A stretch of 64,000 nt of DNA, taken from assembly GCA_017412045.1 (NCBI GenBank), contig JAFQOX010000017.1, positions 6,183 to 70,182 of the forward strand. Reading direction: 5' to 3'. The stretch is from Clostridia bacterium (lineage in GTDB: Bacteria; Bacillota; Clostridia; Oscillospirales; CAG-272). Made by a program: the position numbers and the translations under genes. Of this stretch, positions 44,003 to 53,174 are shown piece after piece. The notes beneath the pieces were generated by a model. The model made no database searches, was not told the origin of the DNA, and saw only the letters and a list, made by a program, of their open reading frames with translations. Positions within the stretch are counted from its first letter, which is position 1. Every line of letters starts with the position of its first letter.

Positions 44003-46225
44003 ATGAAAAAGGAATTTGCCTTTGGAGAAAAAAGAATGGAGATCGTCGCGTATGCCGACAATATGATCCGCGTTCGCTGCGCGGCGGAGGGAAGCGAATC
44101 GCTTTTCGACCGTTACAATCTTCTGCTCAAGCCGGAGGAGAACTGCGGAACGGACATTGAAAACGGCGTTGCGGCGGGCGATCTCAGCGTGACCTACGAA
44201 AACGGTGTGATCACCTTCAGAACGGGCCGCGCAGAACGCACGATTGATTTCAACAATCCCGAAACGGAAGCCGTCAAGGCGTATTTCAACGAAGCGCTCG
44301 GCGGTATGCGCCCCGAGCCCAAGCAGATCATCGGCGAGGATGCGAAACGTAGCTACGGCACCGTGGATTTCCAGCAGAATCCCAAGTATTTTACCGTCAG
44401 AGGAATCGAGGACGAGCTTTTCTACGGCGGCGGCGCGGCGAATACCGACAGACTCGTGCTCAACGGCAAGGCTTATCTCCAGCGCGTCGTATATCAGAGC
44501 AACGAGATGCCCGTCCCCTTCGTCATGACGAAGGCGGGATACGGTATCCTTTGCAACACGACCTGGTGGCACGGCATTGACGTCTGCGCGAAAAACGCAA
44601 ACGAGATCGTATGGTATCTGCCCGATGGTGATATTGACGTAACGATCTTTGCGGGCGACACGCTTGCGGATCTTCTGGAGCGCTTTACATATTTCACGGG
44701 CCGTCCCGCGCTTCTTCCCAAATGGGCGCACGGTCTGGCTTTCCTCGATCAGTACACCGCCGATCAGTACGAGGTTATGAGAAACGCGGCGCAGTTCCGC
44801 TCCTCCGGCTTGCCCTGTGACTCCATCAGTCTGGAGCCCGGCTGGATGGAAAAGCGCTACGACTTCTCCGTCAATAAGAAATGGAGCAACGGTCCTCGCG
44901 GCAAGTTCCTGATCGAAGAATGGGCGAGAAGCAAGGAATACGGCAAGATCAATCCCAACTTCTTCACGGCGGCGCTCGCGCGCTACGGCTTCAAGCTTCA
45001 CCTCTGGCTCTGCTGTCAGCACGACTTCACCGCAGAGGAGGAACGCCGCATCGGCAACGAGGTCGCTCCCGAGATCCCCGATTGGTTCGACCACCTGAAG
45101 CAGTTCATGAACGACGGTGCATCCTCCTTCAAGCTCGACCCCTGCCATACCGTTGACAATGCCGACGAGGGAAGAATCTACGCAAACGGCAAGGGCGATC
45201 CCGAAATGCACAACCTCATTCAGACGATCTTCATGCGCGATATGGCGAGAGGCTCCTCCGAATATACGGGCAAGCGCGCGATGCACCACTATTGCGGCGG
45301 CTATACCGGTACGGGCGCGTACGGCGCTTCCAATACGGGTGACAACGGCGGCGGTCTTTCCACCCTCGCATGGACGCTTAGCTGCGGTATGTCCGGTATC
45401 TCCAACCTGACCTGCGATATGGATATTTTCAAGAAGGACGGTCTGCATTACTGCTTCTTCACCGCATGGTGTCAGCTCAACAGCTGGTACGGCTTCTCTC
45501 ATCCCTGGTGGGCGGGCGAAGAAATGGAGGGAATCTTCGAATATTACGATAAGCTCCGTTACCGTTTGCTTCCTTACATTTACTCCACTGCGATCACGGC
45601 GAATATGACGGGTATGCCCGTTTGCCGCTCCATGCCTCTCGTATACGATGAGGAAAGATTGCAGAACGCCATCACGCAGTATATGTTCGGTGAAAACTTC
45701 CTCGTCGGCGCGTTCTCCGATGAGATCACGCTTCCCGAGGGCTATACCTGGATCGACTACTGGACCGGCAAGGTCTACGAGGGCGGTCAGGTCATCAAGG
45801 GTCAGATCCCCGAAAACCGCGGCGGTTATCTCTTCGTTCGCGGCGGCGCGATCATTCCGACCGACGAGCCCAGACAGCATACAGTCCCCGGCGATACCAA
45901 GCACATCATCCTTGAAATGTATCCCAAGGGAGCTTCCTACTACGACTTCTACGAGGACGACGGCGAAACGCTCGAATATAAGGACGGCAAGCGCGCGGTG
46001 ACCAGAATCTCCATGGTGGAAGCAGACGGCATCTGCAATATCGGCATCGGTGACCGCGAGGGTGAATTCAAGGGCATTGGCGAACGCGTTTATACCGCTC
46101 GCGTATTCGCGGCGACAGCGCCGAAGTCCGTCACCGTCGGCGAAAACGAAGTGGAATTCACCTATGACGGTCAGTTCATTACGTTTGCGCTCGGCGCGGA
46201 AAAGGAAGCCGCAATCGTATTTTAA
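44003..46225 (+). CDS. GH31-family alpha-glucosidase/alpha-xylosidase
   Basis: About 740 aa. Has the SFKLDPC acid/nucleophile-region pattern and an NTGDNGG block (GH31 signature-like). The start MKKEFAFGEK is preferred over the track start 43922. Confidence 0.75.
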   Translation: MKKEFAFGEKRMEIVAYADNMIRVRCAAEGSESLFDRYNLLLKPEENCGTDIENGVAAGDLSVTYENGVITFRTGRAERTIDFNNPETEAVKAYFNEALGGMRPEPKQIIGEDAKRSYGTVDFQQNPKYFTVRGIEDELFYGGGAANTDRLVLNGKAYLQRVVYQSNEMPVPFVMTKAGYGILCNTTWWHGIDVCAKNANEIVWYLPDGDIDVTIFAGDTLADLLERFTYFTGRPALLPKWAHGLAFLDQYTADQYEVMRNAAQFRSSGLPCDSISLEPGWMEKRYDFSVNKKWSNGPRGKFLIEEWARSKEYGKINPNFFTAALARYGFKLHLWLCCQHDFTAEEERRIGNEVAPEIPDWFDHLKQFMNDGASSFKLDPCHTVDNADEGRIYANGKGDPEMHNLIQTIFMRDMARGSSEYTGKRAMHHYCGGYTGTGAYGASNTGDNGGGLSTLAWTLSCGMSGISNLTCDMDIFKKDGLHYCFFTAWCQLNSWYGFSHPWWAGEEMEGIFEYYDKLRYRLLPYIYSTAITANMTGMPVCRSMPLVYDEERLQNAITQYMFGENFLVGAFSDEITLPEGYTWIDYWTGKVYEGGQVIKGQIPENRGGYLFVRGGAIIPTDEPRQHTVPGDTKHIILEMYPKGASYYDFYEDDGETLEYKDGKRAVTRISMVEADGICNIGIGDREGEFKGIGERVYTARVFAATAPKSVTVGENEVEFTYDGQFITFALGAEKEAAIVF

Positions 46226-46248
46226 TATTTGATATAAGGTAATTATAT

Positions 46249-46872
46249 ATGTTGGAAATTTCAAAAACGAGCGTCATGAATATTGATAACGCGATTCGCG
46301 GCGCGAGAAATCCGATGAACAGCTGGGCGAAGAGCGACAGCTATTACGACGAAAACGGAGAATTTCATCTCGGAGAAGCGGATATCAGTCTGGGCGCAAG
46401 GCTTTGCCATGCGGGCTCCGATCACAGAAAATTCATCCGACAGATCTTCGTCAGCGTGGATATTCTGGCTCCTCTGTATTGGTGGAAGGAATTCGATACC
46501 TATAAGGTCGGCACGGTTGCCAATTCCACGAGCACCATGCACAAGATCCAGGCAAAGGCGTTTTCGAGAGATGATTTTTCTCACGATCATATGAGCGACG
46601 TTGCGCTTTCCTGTCTGGACGCGACGATTGCCTGCCTGGAGGAGCGCAGACTGAAATTCCTGGAAACGAAGGACAAATCGTATTGGTACGACATGATTCA
46701 GCTTTTGCCGTCGAGCTACAATCAGCTTCGCACGGTGACCATGAATTATGAAAACCTGATGAATATTTATTACGCGAGACGCTTCCACAAGCTGGACGAA
46801 TGGCACGTCGTCTGCGATTGGATCGAATCGCTTCCTTACGCAAAGGAATTTATTCTTGACGTAAAAGAATAA
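46249..46872 (+). CDS. ThyX-fold-like protein lacking the ThyX signature motif, function unknown
   Basis: GSDHRKFIRQIFVSVDILAPLYWWKEFDTYKV and LPSSYNQLRTVTMNYENLMNIYYARR resemble the ThyX (Thy1) core layout, but there is no RHR...S..R(Y) motif. This is recognised from memory only. Confidence 0.4.
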   Translation: MLEISKTSVMNIDNAIRGARNPMNSWAKSDSYYDENGEFHLGEADISLGARLCHAGSDHRKFIRQIFVSVDILAPLYWWKEFDTYKVGTVANSTSTMHKIQAKAFSRDDFSHDHMSDVALSCLDATIACLEERRLKFLETKDKSYWYDMIQLLPSSYNQLRTVTMNYENLMNIYYARRFHKLDEWHVVCDWIESLPYAKEFILDVKE

Positions 46873-46883
46873 GGAACAGCGAA

Positions 46884-46933
46884 AAATCGAAATTCATATT
46901 GCGGTTTTCCGCTTTGTGAATTTCGATTTTTTT
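46884..46933 (+). terminator. Rho-independent terminator
   Basis: AAATCGAAATTCA...TGAATTTCGATTT followed by TTTTT. Confidence 0.7.
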
Positions 46934-46997
46934 ATAAGGATCGTTTGAAAAAAGATAAATTTTTGTTTATCGCTCTGTTGGCGCATAAGCCGGCAAG

Positions 46998-47122
46998 CCT
47001 CCCTTGTTGTACAGGCAGTAGCACGCTTTGGCGTGACGGAGGGAGTGTTTCAAAAAAGATAGAAAATGCAAGAACAATCCCCCACCCGGCTTTGCCGGGA
47101 GCCCCCTTTGCACAAAGGGGCC
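46998..47122. repeat. Two GC-rich REP-like palindromic units, related to 20759-20861
   Basis: CCTCCC...CACGC-tttg-GCGTG-ACGGAGGGAG, and CCCCCAC-CCGGC-ttt-GCCGG-GAGCCCCC followed by the CCCCTTTG-caca-AAGGGG hairpin. Confidence 0.45.
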
Positions 47123-47219
47123 TTTCAGAATCTTATCTTTGTCAATCTCTTTGCATCGCTAAACAAGGATTTATCAAACAAATCTATCCCGGGATGATTG
47201 AAAATAAGAGGAATTAAAA

Positions 47220-48542
47220 ATGGAAAAGAGAATCACACCCCAAGAATATAAGGAATTTACCATGGCGACGAAGGAGCGTCGCATCGAATGGTTCCGTGAC
47301 GCGCGTTTCGGAATGTTCATCCATTACGGACTGTATTCTTCCCACGGACTCGGCGAATGGGCGCAGGTCTGGGAGGACATCAAGATTTCGGATTATGAGA
47401 AATTCGCAGAAGATTTTTGTCCGAAGGAGGGCTGCACGGACGACTGGTGCAGGCTTGCCAAGGAAGCGGGCGCGAAGTACGCGGTTCTGACCACGCGCCA
47501 TCACGAGGGTTTTTCGCTCTGGGACTCCAAGGTCAATCCCTTCAACTCCGTCAATTACGGTCCCCATCGCGACATCGTGAGAGAATTTACGGATTCCTGC
47601 CGTAAATACGGACTGAAAATCGGTCTGTATTCCTCCCTGATGGATTGGCGACATCCCGATGCATGGAAGTGCATGACGGACGAGGATGCACGCCTCCGTT
47701 TCACGAAATATATTGAGGATCTCAATACGGAGCTTCTGACCAATTACGGAAAGATCGACATTCTCTGGTACGATATGCCCTGGCCGCGCATGAGCACAAG
47801 AGATTGGGATTCCGTTGGCAGAAACTACAGACTCCGTCAGCTTCAGCCCGATCTGCTGATCAATAACCGAAGCCGCATGGCGGAGGACTTCTTTACGCCC
47901 GAGGACGCGCTGAACGCGGAGGAGGATGCGGACTGGGAGGCTTGCATGACCTTCAACGGCATTTCCTGGGGATACATTGACGAAGAGCAGGTCAAGCCCT
48001 ATTCCTATACCGAAAACGAGATCGTCCGTATGATCCGTAAATGCTCGGCGCTCGGCGGCAATCTTCTTCTCAATATCGGTCCGAAGGCGGACGGCTCGAT
48101 TCCCGCAGAAGCAATTGAGCCTCTGAAAAAGGTCGGCGCGTGGCTCGCGCAGAACGGGGAAGCGGCGTACGGTAAGAAGAGAAAGCTCAGAGGAGATGCG
48201 AACTGCGGCGCGAATAACGTCAGCCACTGTACCGCCTCCGCCGACGGAAAGACCGTCTACGTCTGGAATTACATCTGGCCGTCCAAGGGAACGATGGTCT
48301 ACGGCGGTTATCGCAATGCGCCCCGCAGGATCACGCTGATGGCGACGGGTGAAGCCGTTGATTTCGAGCATAACGGACACCGTCTGATCCTCAAGAATCT
48401 TCCGAAGGAAAACCCGGATAAGATCATGGGAATTCCCGTTGTGAAAATGGAATTTGACGAGCCCTACAGCTATTGCTACGGAAGCTATTATCCGCAGGTA
48501 CACGAGGGCGTAGACAAATCGGAAGGTCTCGGCAATCCCTGA
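47220..48542 (+). CDS. GH29 alpha-L-fucosidase
   Basis: RIEWFRDARFGMFIHYGLYS, AKYAVLTTRHHEGFSLWDS, LWYDMPW. Confidence 0.9.
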   Translation: MEKRITPQEYKEFTMATKERRIEWFRDARFGMFIHYGLYSSHGLGEWAQVWEDIKISDYEKFAEDFCPKEGCTDDWCRLAKEAGAKYAVLTTRHHEGFSLWDSKVNPFNSVNYGPHRDIVREFTDSCRKYGLKIGLYSSLMDWRHPDAWKCMTDEDARLRFTKYIEDLNTELLTNYGKIDILWYDMPWPRMSTRDWDSVGRNYRLRQLQPDLLINNRSRMAEDFFTPEDALNAEEDADWEACMTFNGISWGYIDEEQVKPYSYTENEIVRMIRKCSALGGNLLLNIGPKADGSIPAEAIEPLKKVGAWLAQNGEAAYGKKRKLRGDANCGANNVSHCTASADGKTVYVWNYIWPSKGTMVYGGYRNAPRRITLMATGEAVDFEHNGHRLILKNLPKENPDKIMGIPVVKMEFDEPYSYCYGSYYPQVHEGVDKSEGLGNP

Positions 48543-48568
48543 GTCGGAAAGAAAGGTACGGTCTTATC

Positions 48569-49741
48569 ATGAAATACGATTTTGATACTCTGGTAAAAAG
48601 AAACGGCGTGGGCGCTTACAAATGGGACGCGATGAAAAGACAGAATCCCGCGCTTCCCGAGGATATCGTCCCCTTTTCCGTTGCCGATATGGAATTTAAA
48701 AACGCGCCCGAGATCGTGGAAGGGCTGAAGGAATATCTGGATACCGCCATTCTCGGCTATACGGGACCAACGGAGGCTTATTTCCGGGCGGTCATCGGCT
48801 TTATGGAGAGAAATCACGGATTTTCTCCCAAAAAAGAATGGTTCATGGAGTTTGCGGGCATCGTTCCCGCTCTCCGTCAGATCATCGGCGCGTTGACCGA
48901 GCCCGGCGACGGCGTCATGATCCAGACACCCGTCTACCATCAGTTCCGCAACGTCATCGAGTTCAACAAATGCGTTGTCGTGGAAAACGAGCTGATCGAA
49001 AAGGATGGCGTATATACGATCGACTTTGAGGATTTCGAGCGGAAAGCCGCAAGAGAGGACGTAAAGCTCTTCGTTCTTTGCAGTCCGCACAATCCCGTCG
49101 GACGTGTCTGGACGCAAGAAGAGCTGACGAGGATGGCGGAGATCTGCATGAAGCATAACGTCTATATTCTGGATGATGAGATCCATTTCGACCTGATCAT
49201 GCCCGGATACAAGCACGTTTCCATGCTTGCCATGGATGAAAAATATTGGCAGAACTGCCTCGTTTGCACCTCTCCCGGAAAGACCTTCAATCTGGCGGGC
49301 TTGCAGGCATCGAATATCTTCATTCCCGACGAAACCGTGTATAAGAAGATCCAGAAATACAGAGGCGGCGGTGGCTTGAATGCGCTGAGCTACAAGGCGG
49401 TGGAATTCGCGTACGACCGCTCTGAGGGCTGGATGAAGGAAATGGTCGCTTACGTCAATGAAAACAAAAACTTCGTTTGCAATTTTCTCGCAGAGCATCT
49501 CCCGATGATTACGGCTTCCGAAATGGAAGGCACGTATCTGATCTGGCTGGATCTCCGCCGTCTCGGTCTGACGGCAGAGGCGCAGGAGGAGCTGCTTCAG
49601 AAAAAGGCGTATATTTTCTCGGATGCGGGCTATATCTTCGGCAAGGGCGGAGAAGGCTTTGAGCGAATCAATCTCGCTTGCCCCCGTCACGTTCTGAAGG
49701 CGGCAATGGAGCGTCTGGAGCAGGCGGTCAAGGAAATGTGA
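48569..49741 (+). CDS. MalY/PatB-family PLP-dependent C-S lyase (cystathionine beta-lyase-like aminotransferase)
   Basis: MKYDFDTLVKRNGVGAYKWD N-terminus, LCSPHNPVGRVW, PLP-Lys block TSPGKTFNLAGL. Confidence 0.85.
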   Translation: MKYDFDTLVKRNGVGAYKWDAMKRQNPALPEDIVPFSVADMEFKNAPEIVEGLKEYLDTAILGYTGPTEAYFRAVIGFMERNHGFSPKKEWFMEFAGIVPALRQIIGALTEPGDGVMIQTPVYHQFRNVIEFNKCVVVENELIEKDGVYTIDFEDFERKAAREDVKLFVLCSPHNPVGRVWTQEELTRMAEICMKHNVYILDDEIHFDLIMPGYKHVSMLAMDEKYWQNCLVCTSPGKTFNLAGLQASNIFIPDETVYKKIQKYRGGGGLNALSYKAVEFAYDRSEGWMKEMVAYVNENKNFVCNFLAEHLPMITASEMEGTYLIWLDLRRLGLTAEAQEELLQKKAYIFSDAGYIFGKGGEGFERINLACPRHVLKAAMERLEQAVKEM

Positions 49742-49748
49742 AATTCCG

Positions 49749-50111
49749 ATGAGCCGTCATGATAAAACGTACGATCGGATCATTGCGCTGGCGTATTTTC
49801 ATCGGTACGGATTGAGCTTGTTTCTGCTTTTGATGGTGCTGATTGCCGGTAAGATTAACGGTGAGATTGGCGCTAAGATCTTTGCATTTGCCTGGACGGG
49901 CGGATTTATTTCATATGACGTATGGACGCTCGTCGGATATCGGCGCAGATGGAGACATATTTTCTGCTCGTTTCAAAACGCTCACCGTGAAAGAATGACG
50001 CCCTATAACACCGCGTGGGGACGGATCAAAAAATCGGAGATCTACGGAACTGTTTGCGGTTCTGTGATTTTGGGTCTGTTGTTCCTGTTTTGTTTGATCG
50101 CGTTTTTATAA
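49749..50111 (+). CDS. Small membrane protein, unknown function
   Basis: Three hydrophobic spans. No recognisable motif. Confidence 0.5.
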   Translation: MSRHDKTYDRIIALAYFHRYGLSLFLLLMVLIAGKINGEIGAKIFAFAWTGGFISYDVWTLVGYRRRWRHIFCSFQNAHRERMTPYNTAWGRIKKSEIYGTVCGSVILGLLFLFCLIAFL

Positions 50112-50116
50112 TGTAA

Positions 50117-50160
50117 AAACAGCAAGAATGAGAGGAAATCTCTTGTCCTTGCTGTTTTAT
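50117..50160 (+). terminator. Rho-independent terminator
   Basis: AAACAGCAAG...CTTGCTGTTT followed by TATTT. Confidence 0.65.
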
Positions 50161-50178
50161 TTATCTTTCCAACCCACA

Positions 50179-50257
50179 AAAAAGTAAATGCTGAGACCGG
50201 AGAGTTAACCGAGGCAACAGGAAATTTCTTGACAAAAGAAATTTCCCGTGATATAAT
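50179..50257 (+). promoter_or_regulatory. 15-mer AAAAAGTAAATGCTG, then a consensus promoter TTGACA-17-TATAAT whose -35 sits inside a perfect 11-bp inverted repeat
   Basis: Motif 50179-50193. GGAAATTTCTT-gacaa-AAGAAATTTCC at 50220-50246. -35 at 50229, -10 at 50252. Confidence 0.6.
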
Positions 50258-50291
50258 AAATTTATCTTATATAGAATGAAAGGTTTTTTCT

Positions 50292-50945
50292 ATGTCGAAA
50301 TTTTTGAAATGGCTTGATAATTATTGGTACCATTATAAATGGCACACGATCATCGTTTCCTTTTTTCTGCTCATCGGTACCATTTCGATGGTTCAGATCT
50401 TCAACAGAGAAACGTATGATGCCTACGTGATGTACGTGGGAGATGCGGTAATTCCCGATACGCAATATTACGATATCATGCAGTCGCTCAAAGAGGTTTC
50501 CTCAGATTACGACGAAAACAAGGAGCATAATATCAATTTTTCGAAAACCGCGTTTATTACCGATCCCGAAAACAAGATGGCTTCCAGCATCAACGCTTCG
50601 GCGATCCAATATCTCTCCAATCTCGTCGTCCAACCGTATTATATCTATCTGATGGACGAAGAGGTTTATAAGCTCTATAAGGATAGCGATATTTTCGTCC
50701 CGATCTCCGAGATCGTTTCCGATCTGCCTGCCGATTGGTATTACGACGACACAGCGGTCTACTTTGACAGAACGGATTACGCGAACAGCTTCCCGGGCGT
50801 GGATAATCTCGGCGAAAACACCCTGCTCGTGATCAAGATCATGCCGTATTCCTCCTCCAAACGCGTAATGGAACGGGAGCGCGGTTATTACGACGACCAT
50901 CTGGATATGTTGAAAAATATTCTTTCCTACAGAAAGAACGGATAA
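50292..50945 (+). CDS. N-terminally membrane-anchored protein, unknown function
   Basis: One TM (WHTIIVSFFLLIGTISMVQIF) and then an acidic, Tyr-rich ectodomain. Confidence 0.5.
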   Translation: MSKFLKWLDNYWYHYKWHTIIVSFFLLIGTISMVQIFNRETYDAYVMYVGDAVIPDTQYYDIMQSLKEVSSDYDENKEHNINFSKTAFITDPENKMASSINASAIQYLSNLVVQPYYIYLMDEEVYKLYKDSDIFVPISEIVSDLPADWYYDDTAVYFDRTDYANSFPGVDNLGENTLLVIKIMPYSSSKRVMERERGYYDDHLDMLKNILSYRKNG

Positions 50946-50965
50946 TACAGAAAGGAATCATCATT

Positions 50966-51706
50966 ATGAAAATTCTTGCAATCGGTAACAGCTTTTCCCA
51001 GGATGCGACGACCTATATCGAAGACATCGCCAATTCCATGGGCATCGAGGACATCACGGCGGCAAACCTCTACATTCCCGGCTGTCCCCTGACCAAGCAC
51101 GCGGAAAACCTGAAAACGGATGAACTCGAGTACGAATATCAGCTCCGCGGCAAGGGAATCTACAAAACCTCCATCCACGCGGCGCTCGCAAGCGACGATT
51201 GGGACGTGATCACCATGCAGCAGGTCAGCGGCGACTCCGGTCTCTACGAAACCTTCCACCCCTATATCGACGAGCTTTATGCAGAAGTCAAGCGCCTCTG
51301 CCCCAACGCCAAGGTCCTCCTGCACCGCACCTGGGCGTATGAAGAAAAAAGCGGACACAACCGTTTCATCGACTACGGCAGAAGTCACGACACCATGAAC
51401 GCCGCGATCGAGGAGACCTCTCAGAAGATCGCTTCCGAGCTCGGCATCGATATCATCCCCTCCGGCAAGGTCGTTCACGAGATCAAAAAGAATATTCCGG
51501 AATTCGACGTTCTCAACGGCGGCGCTTCCCTGTACCGCGACCGCTTCCATATGGGCAATTGCTACGGCAGATATATCGTCGCCTGCGTATGGCTGAAGAA
51601 GGTTTGCGGCATCCGCGATATTTCTTCTGCGAGATTCATTCCCAACGAAGCGTACCCTCCTCTCATCAAAAAACTCAACGAATATATCAATCAGATTCAA
51701 TTTTGA
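50966..51706 (+). CDS. SGNH/GDSL-like hydrolase (DUF4886-like)
   Basis: MKILAIGNSFSQDAT (block I GNSFS) and C-terminal DRFHMGN (Asp-x-x-His block). Confidence 0.65.
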   Translation: MKILAIGNSFSQDATTYIEDIANSMGIEDITAANLYIPGCPLTKHAENLKTDELEYEYQLRGKGIYKTSIHAALASDDWDVITMQQVSGDSGLYETFHPYIDELYAEVKRLCPNAKVLLHRTWAYEEKSGHNRFIDYGRSHDTMNAAIEETSQKIASELGIDIIPSGKVVHEIKKNIPEFDVLNGGASLYRDRFHMGNCYGRYIVACVWLKKVCGIRDISSARFIPNEAYPPLIKKLNEYINQIQF

Positions 51707-51753
51707 GAGGTTGAAAGAATTTAAATTTTTTTGAAAAAATTTCAAAAAAACTA

Positions 51754-51782
51754 TTGACATTTCAAAAGTAATGTGATATTAT
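51754..51782 (+). promoter_or_regulatory. Promoter of the tRNA cluster (TTGACA-17-TATTAT with TG extension)
   Basis: ctaTTGACAtttcaaaagtaatgtgaTATTATat, about 35 nt upstream of the first tRNA. Confidence 0.6.
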
Positions 51783-51815
51783 ATATGAGCGGTCAACGAG
51801 AGAACCGCTCACAAC

Positions 51816-51889
51816 GCGGGTGTAGTTCAATGGTAGAACTCCAGCCTTCCAAGCTGGTCGCGTGGGTTCGATTCCCATCATCCGCTCCA
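51816..51889 (+). tRNA. tRNA-Gly (anticodon UCC), CCA encoded
   Basis: Acceptor GCGGGTG/CATCCGC, anticodon arm CCAGC-CTTCCAA-GCTGG, T arm GTGGGTTCGATTCCCAT. Confidence 0.9.
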
Positions 51890-51966
51890 GTGCCTTTAGC
51901 TCAGCAGGATAGAGCAACTGCCTTCTAAGCAGTAGGTCGAGGGTTCGAATCCCCCAAGGCACGCCA
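51890..51966 (+). tRNA. tRNA-Arg (anticodon UCU), CCA encoded
   Basis: Acceptor GTGCCTT/AAGGCAC, anticodon arm ACTGC-CTTCTAA-GCAGT, T loop GGTTCGAATCC. Confidence 0.9.
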
Positions 51967-51971
51967 GTTAT

Positions 51972-52049
51972 GGTGGATATGGCTCAGTTGGTTAGAGCGC
52001 CAGGTTGTGGCCCTGGAGGCCGTCGGTTCGAATCCGATTATCCACCCCA
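51972..52049 (+). tRNA. tRNA-His (anticodon GUG) with encoded G-1, CCA encoded
   Basis: G-1 plus GTGGATA/TATCCAC-C, anticodon arm CCAGG-TTGTGGC-CCTGG, T loop GGTTCGAATCC. Confidence 0.9.
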
Positions 52050-52056
52050 CAGAAAA

Positions 52057-52087
52057 AAGCAAGTCGATTTTCGACTTGCTTTTTTGT
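52057..52087 (+). terminator. Rho-independent terminator of the tRNA operon
   Basis: AAGCAAGTCGA-ttt-TCGACTTGCTT followed by TTTTG. Confidence 0.8.
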
Positions 52088-52148
52088 TTTATATCCGTGA
52101 ATCTATTTCAAAAAACAGAATAATTCGATAAAAAATCTTATTAAAATA

Positions 52149-52275
52149 AAAAAGCGGGCAACGCCCGCTGGAAAACTGCTTGCTCTGCAAGCTGTGTGCT
52201 CGCCTACCGCAGTTTAGCCTGTATTCAAACAATACAAAACGGCGAGGTCGAATTTGCGCAATTTCCTATGGTATA
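52149..52275 (-). repeat. Structured ~125-nt intergenic repeat, copy A (reverse orientation), ending in a terminator-like hairpin GCGGGCAACGCCCGC
   Basis: The reverse complement aligns with copy B (53216-53347). The hairpin-proximal ~45 nt are identical and the remainder is roughly 85 percent identical by eye. Confidence 0.75.
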
Positions 52276-52346
52276 AAAAAGTAAATGCTGTCGATCTATC
52301 AATTTACCGCACGGGTCTTGACGAAACGTTTTTTCGAGGCTATAAT
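52276..52346 (+). promoter_or_regulatory. 15-mer AAAAAGTAAATGCTG followed by the promoter TTGACG-17-TATAAT of the PHP gene
   Basis: Motif 52276-52290, -35 at 52318, -10 at 52341. Confidence 0.6.
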
Positions 52347-52444
52347 GACATTATAGGCTATGCTGTTATCATGCGAAATAATTTTTGAAGTAAACGAACG
52401 GCATATATAGAATCAACCTCGGAAAAGCAATGAAAGGAAGGCTC

Positions 52445-53146
52445 ATGACCATGGTAAAAAAAGATTTTTATTGCTATGAAACGCATTTACATACCTCCCC
52501 CGTCAGCAAATGCGCCCACGCGACGGTCAGGGAAACGCTGGAAGCTTACGCGCGATTGGGTTATGACGGTGTTTTTATCACCAATCATTTTTTAGGGGGC
52601 AATATTCTGCGCGATCCGTCCTGGTCCTACGAGGAAACGGTGCACTTCTATTTTTCGGATTACGAAGAAGGCGTCCGCATCGGTAAAAGCTTGGGGCTCG
52701 CGGTTTTTTGCGGCATTGAATTGTCTTATCACGGAACGGATTTTCTGGTTTACGGGCTCGGAAAAGATTGGTATCTGGCGCACCCCGAGATCGAATCCAT
52801 GAAAATTTCCTCGTTGCTCACGTTTCTTGCGGAGGCAGGCGCGCTGATCATTCACGCCCATCCCTTCCGTGAGGCGTCGTATATCGACCATATCCGACTG
52901 TTCCCCCGTCATATTCACGGAATCGAGACTTATAACGCTTGCCGTACTCCCTTTGAAAACGGCATGGCGGAAATGTACGCGCAATATTACGGTATGCCCA
53001 CGTTTTCGGGATCCGATAATCATAACGCCGGTATGCAGAAGAAATTCGGCGGTATGCAATCGGATACGCCGCTCCGCGACGAGGCGGATTTCATCGGACG
53101 CTACAGAAGGGGCGAATTGCGTTTGATCCGCATGGAGCTTGCATAA
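52445..53146 (+). CDS. PHP-domain metal-dependent phosphoesterase (histidinol-phosphatase-like)
   Basis: YETHLHTSPVSKCA, GVFITNHF and IIHAHPFRE His/Asp motifs. AAAGGAAGG RBS favours ATG 52445 over the track start 52430. Confidence 0.75.
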   Translation: MTMVKKDFYCYETHLHTSPVSKCAHATVRETLEAYARLGYDGVFITNHFLGGNILRDPSWSYEETVHFYFSDYEEGVRIGKSLGLAVFCGIELSYHGTDFLVYGLGKDWYLAHPEIESMKISSLLTFLAEAGALIIHAHPFREASYIDHIRLFPRHIHGIETYNACRTPFENGMAEMYAQYYGMPTFSGSDNHNAGMQKKFGGMQSDTPLRDEADFIGRYRRGELRLIRMELA

Positions 53147-53174
53147 GAATGACGGTTTTCGGCTTTACCGAAAA

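Noticed and set aside
51762-51962. A 66-aa minus-strand ORF.
   Set aside because: It lies entirely across the tRNA-Gly and tRNA-Arg genes.
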